Source: a virus
Taxonomy: Duplodnaviria > Caudoviricetes
DNA: 37,710 nt
Virus record (IMG/VR): IMGVR_UViG_3300011114_000204
Coordinates: 1-37,710 of that record
Reading direction: 5' to 3' (one strand)
Shown here: positions 34,262 to 37,710 of the stretch, piece by piece
Numbering within the stretch: position 1 is the first letter of the stretch
How the letters are laid out: every line of letters starts with the position of its first letter
Notes under the pieces: generated by a model
Told to the model about the DNA's origin: nothing
Database searches by the model: none
Seen by the model: only the letters and a program-made list of their open reading frames with translations
Translations under genes and position numbers: made by a program

Positions 34262-35661
34262 CAGCTCAAAACCTAAATGCTGACGCCTACATCGACTTCA
34301 TTCGGACCTATTCGAATGATCCGGTCGGCTTTGTGGTCAATGTTCTGAAGGCTGAGCCTTTGAACTGGCAGCGCGATTTCCTTGGCAAGATCGCCAGAGG
34401 AGATCGCCGCATCAGCGTCAGAGCCGGTCACGGCGTGGGCAAGTCAACCGCCTGCTCCTGGGCTTTGATATGGCACATGACATGCCGCTATCCGCAGAAG
34501 GGTGTGGTCACGGCGCCCACGGCTGCGCAGTTGTTTGACGCCTTGTTTGCCGAGCTTAAGTCATGGATCAACAAGCTCCCGCCGGTCCTGCGGGAAAGCT
34601 TCGAGGTGTTTTCGGACAAGATCGTGCTGAAGGGGGCGCCAGAAAGCAGCTTCATATCGGCCAGGACCAGCAGCGCGGAAAGACCCGAGGCGCTGGCCGG
34701 TGTCCACTCGGAGCATGTTTTGCTTGTCGTTGATGAGGCGTCTGCCGTGCCAGAGGCGGTCTTCGAAGCGGCGGCTGGTTCGATGTCTGGGCATAGCGCC
34801 ACCACAATCCTGATCTCGAACCCAACGCGGTCCAGCGGTCTCTTTTACAAGACGCACCATGAACTGGCGTCCGATTGGAACCGGATGCATGTGAGTTGTT
34901 TGGATAATCCGCTGGTATCCACAGACTTTGTGCGACAAATCGCCACAACATATGGTGAGGCGTCCAACGCCTTCCGCATCCGCGTTCTCGGCGAGTTCGC
35001 TCTGGGCGACGATGACACCCTGATCCCGTCTGAGCTTGTCGATGCAGCCTTTGACCGGGACATTACGGCGCCCATGTCTGAGCCGATGGTCTATGGGCTG
35101 GACGTCGCCCGCTTTGGATCTGATCGGACGGCGCTCTGCAAAAGGCGCGGCAACGTGGTTGTCGAATTGAAATCCTGGGGCGGTCTCGATCTCATGCAGA
35201 CGGTTGGCGCTGTGGTCAATGAAGCCAAGATGGATCAGCCAGACGAGATCTGCGTCGATACGATCGGGCTTGGCTCCGGCGTTGCCGATCGACTGCGGGA
35301 ACAGGGCTATAACGTCAGAGACGTCAACGTCTCCGAAAGCTCGGCCATGAACCCCAACGCCAATCGGCTGCGCGATGAACTGTGGATCTCGGTCAAGGAT
35401 TGGCTGGGAACCAGGGCGGTTAAACTGCCACGGGATGAGGCGCTTCGGCATGAATTGGTGGCTCCGCGCTACACGTTTTCCAGTTCTGGTAAGCTTGTGG
35501 TAGAGTCGAAGGACGGAATGAGAAAACGCGGGATGCGTTCGCCCGACTTGGCGGACAGCCTGTGTTTGACGTTCGCAGGGACAGCGGCAGGCGTTGGGGG
35601 CCGAGCATTGGCATGGAGGCCAGGCAGGCCGCTCCGACGCGGGATCATTGGGATCGTGTGA
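34258..35661 (+). CDS. terL: Terminase large subunit
   Basis: Walker A VRAGHGVGKST, Walker B VVDEAS, ISNPT, RIRVLGEF, nuclease GLDVARFGSD, SPDLADS. Confidence 0.95.
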   Translation: MTAQNLNADAYIDFIRTYSNDPVGFVVNVLKAEPLNWQRDFLGKIARGDRRISVRAGHGVGKSTACSWALIWHMTCRYPQKGVVTAPTAAQLFDALFAELKSWINKLPPVLRESFEVFSDKIVLKGAPESSFISARTSSAERPEALAGVHSEHVLLVVDEASAVPEAVFEAAAGSMSGHSATTILISNPTRSSGLFYKTHHELASDWNRMHVSCLDNPLVSTDFVRQIATTYGEASNAFRIRVLGEFALGDDDTLIPSELVDAAFDRDITAPMSEPMVYGLDVARFGSDRTALCKRRGNVVVELKSWGGLDLMQTVGAVVNEAKMDQPDEICVDTIGLGSGVADRLREQGYNVRDVNVSESSAMNPNANRLRDELWISVKDWLGTRAVKLPRDEALRHELVAPRYTFSSSGKLVVESKDGMRKRGMRSPDLADSLCLTFAGTAAGVGGRALAWRPGRPLRRGIIGIV

Positions 35662-35963
35662 TGGCGAAGACCCCGGCATGGCAAAGGGCAGAAGGCAAGA
35701 ACCCCAAGGGCGGGTTGAACGCCAAAGGACGCGCCTCTGCAAAGGCCGAGGGAATGAACCTGAAACCCCCGGTAAAGGCTGGCGATAATCCTCGCCGTGC
35801 TTCATTCTTGGCTCGGATGGGAAACATGCCGGGGCCAGAACGGGATGAAAAGGGAAAGCCAACACGTTTACTTTTATCGCTGCAAGCGTGGGGTGCGAGT
35901 TCAAAGGCGGATGCCAAGGCCAAGGCCAAAGCTATCTCGGCGCGAAATAAAGGAAAGGCTTGA
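35661..35963 (+). CDS. Basic conserved phage protein (DUF6321-like)
   Basis: MAKTPAWQRAEGKNPKGGLNAKGRAS...RRASFLARM...RLLLSLQAWG; TGATG coupling. Confidence 0.8.
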   Translation: MAKTPAWQRAEGKNPKGGLNAKGRASAKAEGMNLKPPVKAGDNPRRASFLARMGNMPGPERDEKGKPTRLLLSLQAWGASSKADAKAKAKAISARNKGKA

Positions 35964-35965
35964 AT

Positions 35966-36118
35966 ATGAAGAAGCCTGTCTGGAAAACCAAAGATCCCAC
36001 GAAGTCAGACAAGAAGCTGACGCCAGCTAAAAAGGCTGCTGCAATGGCGGCGGCGAAGGCGGCTGGCAGACCTTACCCGAACCTCATCGACAATATGCGG
36101 GCGTCCCGCAAGAAGTAG
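35966..36118 (+). CDS. Basic micro-protein (50 aa; not in ORF track)
   Basis: MKKPVWKTKDPTKSDKKLTPAKKAAAMAAAKAAGRPYPNLIDNMRASRKK. Confidence 0.75.
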   Translation: MKKPVWKTKDPTKSDKKLTPAKKAAAMAAAKAAGRPYPNLIDNMRASRKK

Positions 36119-36128
36119 GAGAATATCA

Positions 36129-36368
36129 ATGGCGTCATATCTGATGAATGGCCGTACGTTTGACGATGCGGTTGCAATCACAACCTCCGCCACGGCGGAC
36201 AACAGCTTTGGCTCGATCTACGTTGGCGGCGCTGGAAACGTGGCCGTTGTGACCGAGAAGGGCACGACAGTGACGTTTAACGCTGTTCCCGTTGGAACGA
36301 TCATTCCCGTTCGCACTTCCAAGGTGCTGGCGACGTCAACCGCAACCTTGATGGTTGGCTTCAAGTAA
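36129..36368 (+). CDS. Head spike base / decoration protein (RcGTA Rcc01079-like)
   Basis: AVAIT...IYVGGAGNVAV...GTTVTFNAVPVGTIIPVR...VLAT.TAT pattern; RBS AGGAG. Confidence 0.75.
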   Translation: MASYLMNGRTFDDAVAITTSATADNSFGSIYVGGAGNVAVVTEKGTTVTFNAVPVGTIIPVRTSKVLATSTATLMVGFK

Positions 36369-36379
36369 GGGATCACGCC

Positions 36380-36889
36380 ATGCCGCGCATGATGGAAGAC
36401 AACATGGGTATGGGGCCAGAAGAGCCCATCAACATGGAAGACAGCGAGCGCGGCGATGCCTGCCCACAGGCGACCGGCGACATTACCTTAAACATGAAGA
36501 ACCGTGGCAAAGCCATTGATAAAGCTGACTATGGGCCGATGGACCCTAATCAGCCTAATGAACAGTATTGGCGCAGAATGGGTCAGCGTTGGAAGGTCTC
36601 TGGCGAGGAGGCGAAGACAATGCGCTGCGGCAACTGTGCTGCTTTTAATCAGAAGCAGCATATCATCGACTGCATCGAGGAGGGCATTGGCGATGGGATG
36701 GAAGACGATGCAATGGAGGTCATTGAAGCTGGCGATCTCGGCTTCTGTGAAATCTTTGATTTCAAGTGTGCTGCAAAGCGTACCTGCGCTGCGTGGATTG
36801 TCGGAGGCCCGATCAAGGACGAGTCCGAGGGTGACGATTCAGATGAGTATGAGGACGAGAACGGGTCTGAAGAGGGTGAATATAAATGA
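36380..36889 (+). CDS. Acidic Cys-cluster hypothetical protein
   Basis: CPQATGD, YGP, RCGNCAAF, GFCEIFDFKCAAKRTCAAW, acidic tail. Confidence 0.75.
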   Translation: MPRMMEDNMGMGPEEPINMEDSERGDACPQATGDITLNMKNRGKAIDKADYGPMDPNQPNEQYWRRMGQRWKVSGEEAKTMRCGNCAAFNQKQHIIDCIEEGIGDGMEDDAMEVIEAGDLGFCEIFDFKCAAKRTCAAWIVGGPIKDESEGDDSDEYEDENGSEEGEYK

Positions 36890-37530
36890 ACCTTAGTATC
36901 TGTGTTCCAGCCCGAGAGACTGTGAACACGGGTTTCTCTTATGACCTAGCAATGCTGACTGCGCGGTTCTATGGCGCCGCAGCACAAGGAACGACATTCA
37001 ACCTCAACTTTATCAACGGAACCCTGATCGCTGATCAACGGACGAAGCTGATTGAGATGAGCCTAAAGCAAATGGCGACACATATTCTGTTCCTGGACAG
37101 TGATATGCGCTTCCCATCCGATCTCGTAGAAAAGCTGGCACGGCATGACAAAGACATCATCGCCTGCAATTACGCCACCAGGCGTTTGCCAGTGAAGACA
37201 GTTGCGTTCAAGGATTTTTCCACCTTGTCCTACATCTATTCCATAGACAAGACAGGGCTGGATGAGTGCGATGCCGTTGGCATGGGAGCGATGCTGATCA
37301 AGGCGGATGTTTTTCAGAAGCTTGCCTATCCTTGGTTCCAGATACACTATTTGCCAAACGCAAGAATGTGGGCTGGTGAAGATATGTTTTTCTGCCAGTT
37401 GGCGAAGGCTGGCGGCTATCAAATATGGATCGACCATGATGCGTCAAAGGACGTTAGACATATCGGTTCATTCGAGTTTGGGCATGAACACACGGAGATC
37501 GAATATGAAAAAGCCAAGCAAGATTGCTAA
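36886..37530 (+). CDS. Glycosyltransferase (GT-A fold, family 2-like)
   Basis: ICVP, DxD motif in THILFLDSDM, AVGMGAMLIKADVF, GEDMFFC, IWIDH...HIG. Confidence 0.85.
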   Translation: MNLSICVPARETVNTGFSYDLAMLTARFYGAAAQGTTFNLNFINGTLIADQRTKLIEMSLKQMATHILFLDSDMRFPSDLVEKLARHDKDIIACNYATRRLPVKTVAFKDFSTLSYIYSIDKTGLDECDAVGMGAMLIKADVFQKLAYPWFQIHYLPNARMWAGEDMFFCQLAKAGGYQIWIDHDASKDVRHIGSFEFGHEHTEIEYEKAKQDC

Positions 37531-37672
37531 AGTCATGGGTGAATACAAGCGCGGCGAACTTCATGCTGGCGTCAATCCCAAAGGGCCGAAGAAAGCTCCT
37601 ATGGCGAAGTCGCGCAAGCAGGCCATCGCTATTGCATTGTCAGAAGCTGGGATGAGCAAAAAGAAGAAGTGA
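37505..37672 (+). CDS. Basic micro-protein (DUF6496-like); its 3' end is also at 1-89
   Basis: KIAKVMGEYKRGELH...SRKQAIAIALSEAG. Confidence 0.8.
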   Translation: MKKPSKIAKVMGEYKRGELHAGVNPKGPKKAPMAKSRKQAIAIALSEAGMSKKKK

Positions 37673-37710
37673 TGGATCACTTTTACGACCAGATCCAAGG
37701 TTGGTTTAAC
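37584..37710. repeat. Terminal direct repeat, right copy
   Basis: Identical to 1-127. Confidence 0.97.

Noticed and set aside
966-35904. Long minus-strand ORFs (e.g. 966-1979, 2055-3050, 19582-20898, 34561-35904)
   Set aside because: Antisense shadows of GC-rich + strand genes with recognisable products; no motifs of their own.

Overview
This window is almost certainly one complete, circularly assembled genome of a short-tailed (podovirus-like) dsDNA phage. It has 37,583 unique bp, and the last 127 nt duplicate the first 127 nt. The host is probably an alphaproteobacterium, judged from a GapR homologue, a GTA-like head-spike base protein and Caulobacter-type promoters. All credible protein genes are on the + strand. 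Late region (about 33.0 kb through the junction to 23.0 kb): TerS, a repeat-rich gap, TerL, basic microproteins, a GT2 glycosyltransferase and SAM methyltransferase, portal, scaffold, major capsid, adaptor, Gly-rich/fibre genes, an embedded lysis cassette (holin, GH108 endolysin), more tail genes, a nozzle and ejection proteins with an inserted PAPS-reductase-family gene. Early region (23.1-32.9 kb): small accessory ORFs, stand-alone OmpR/CtrA-type wHTH, DnaA domain IV and GapR homologues, Cro-like HTH, RuvC-like resolvase, PD-(D/E)xK exonuclease, DUF2815 SSB, primase-less VapE ATPase, short C5 methyltransferase and an iteron/IHF origin-like locus. I recognised no integrase, DNA polymerase, tRNA, CRISPR or reverse transcriptase. 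The most striking unexplained element is at 9044-9237: a structured ~125-nt minus-strand sRNA gene with its own promoter and terminator, resembling the alphaproteobacterial speF/alpha-r45 RNA. Its promoter sits back-to-back with a near-consensus sigma70 promoter facing the lysis cassette. All family assignments come from motif recognition, not database searches.
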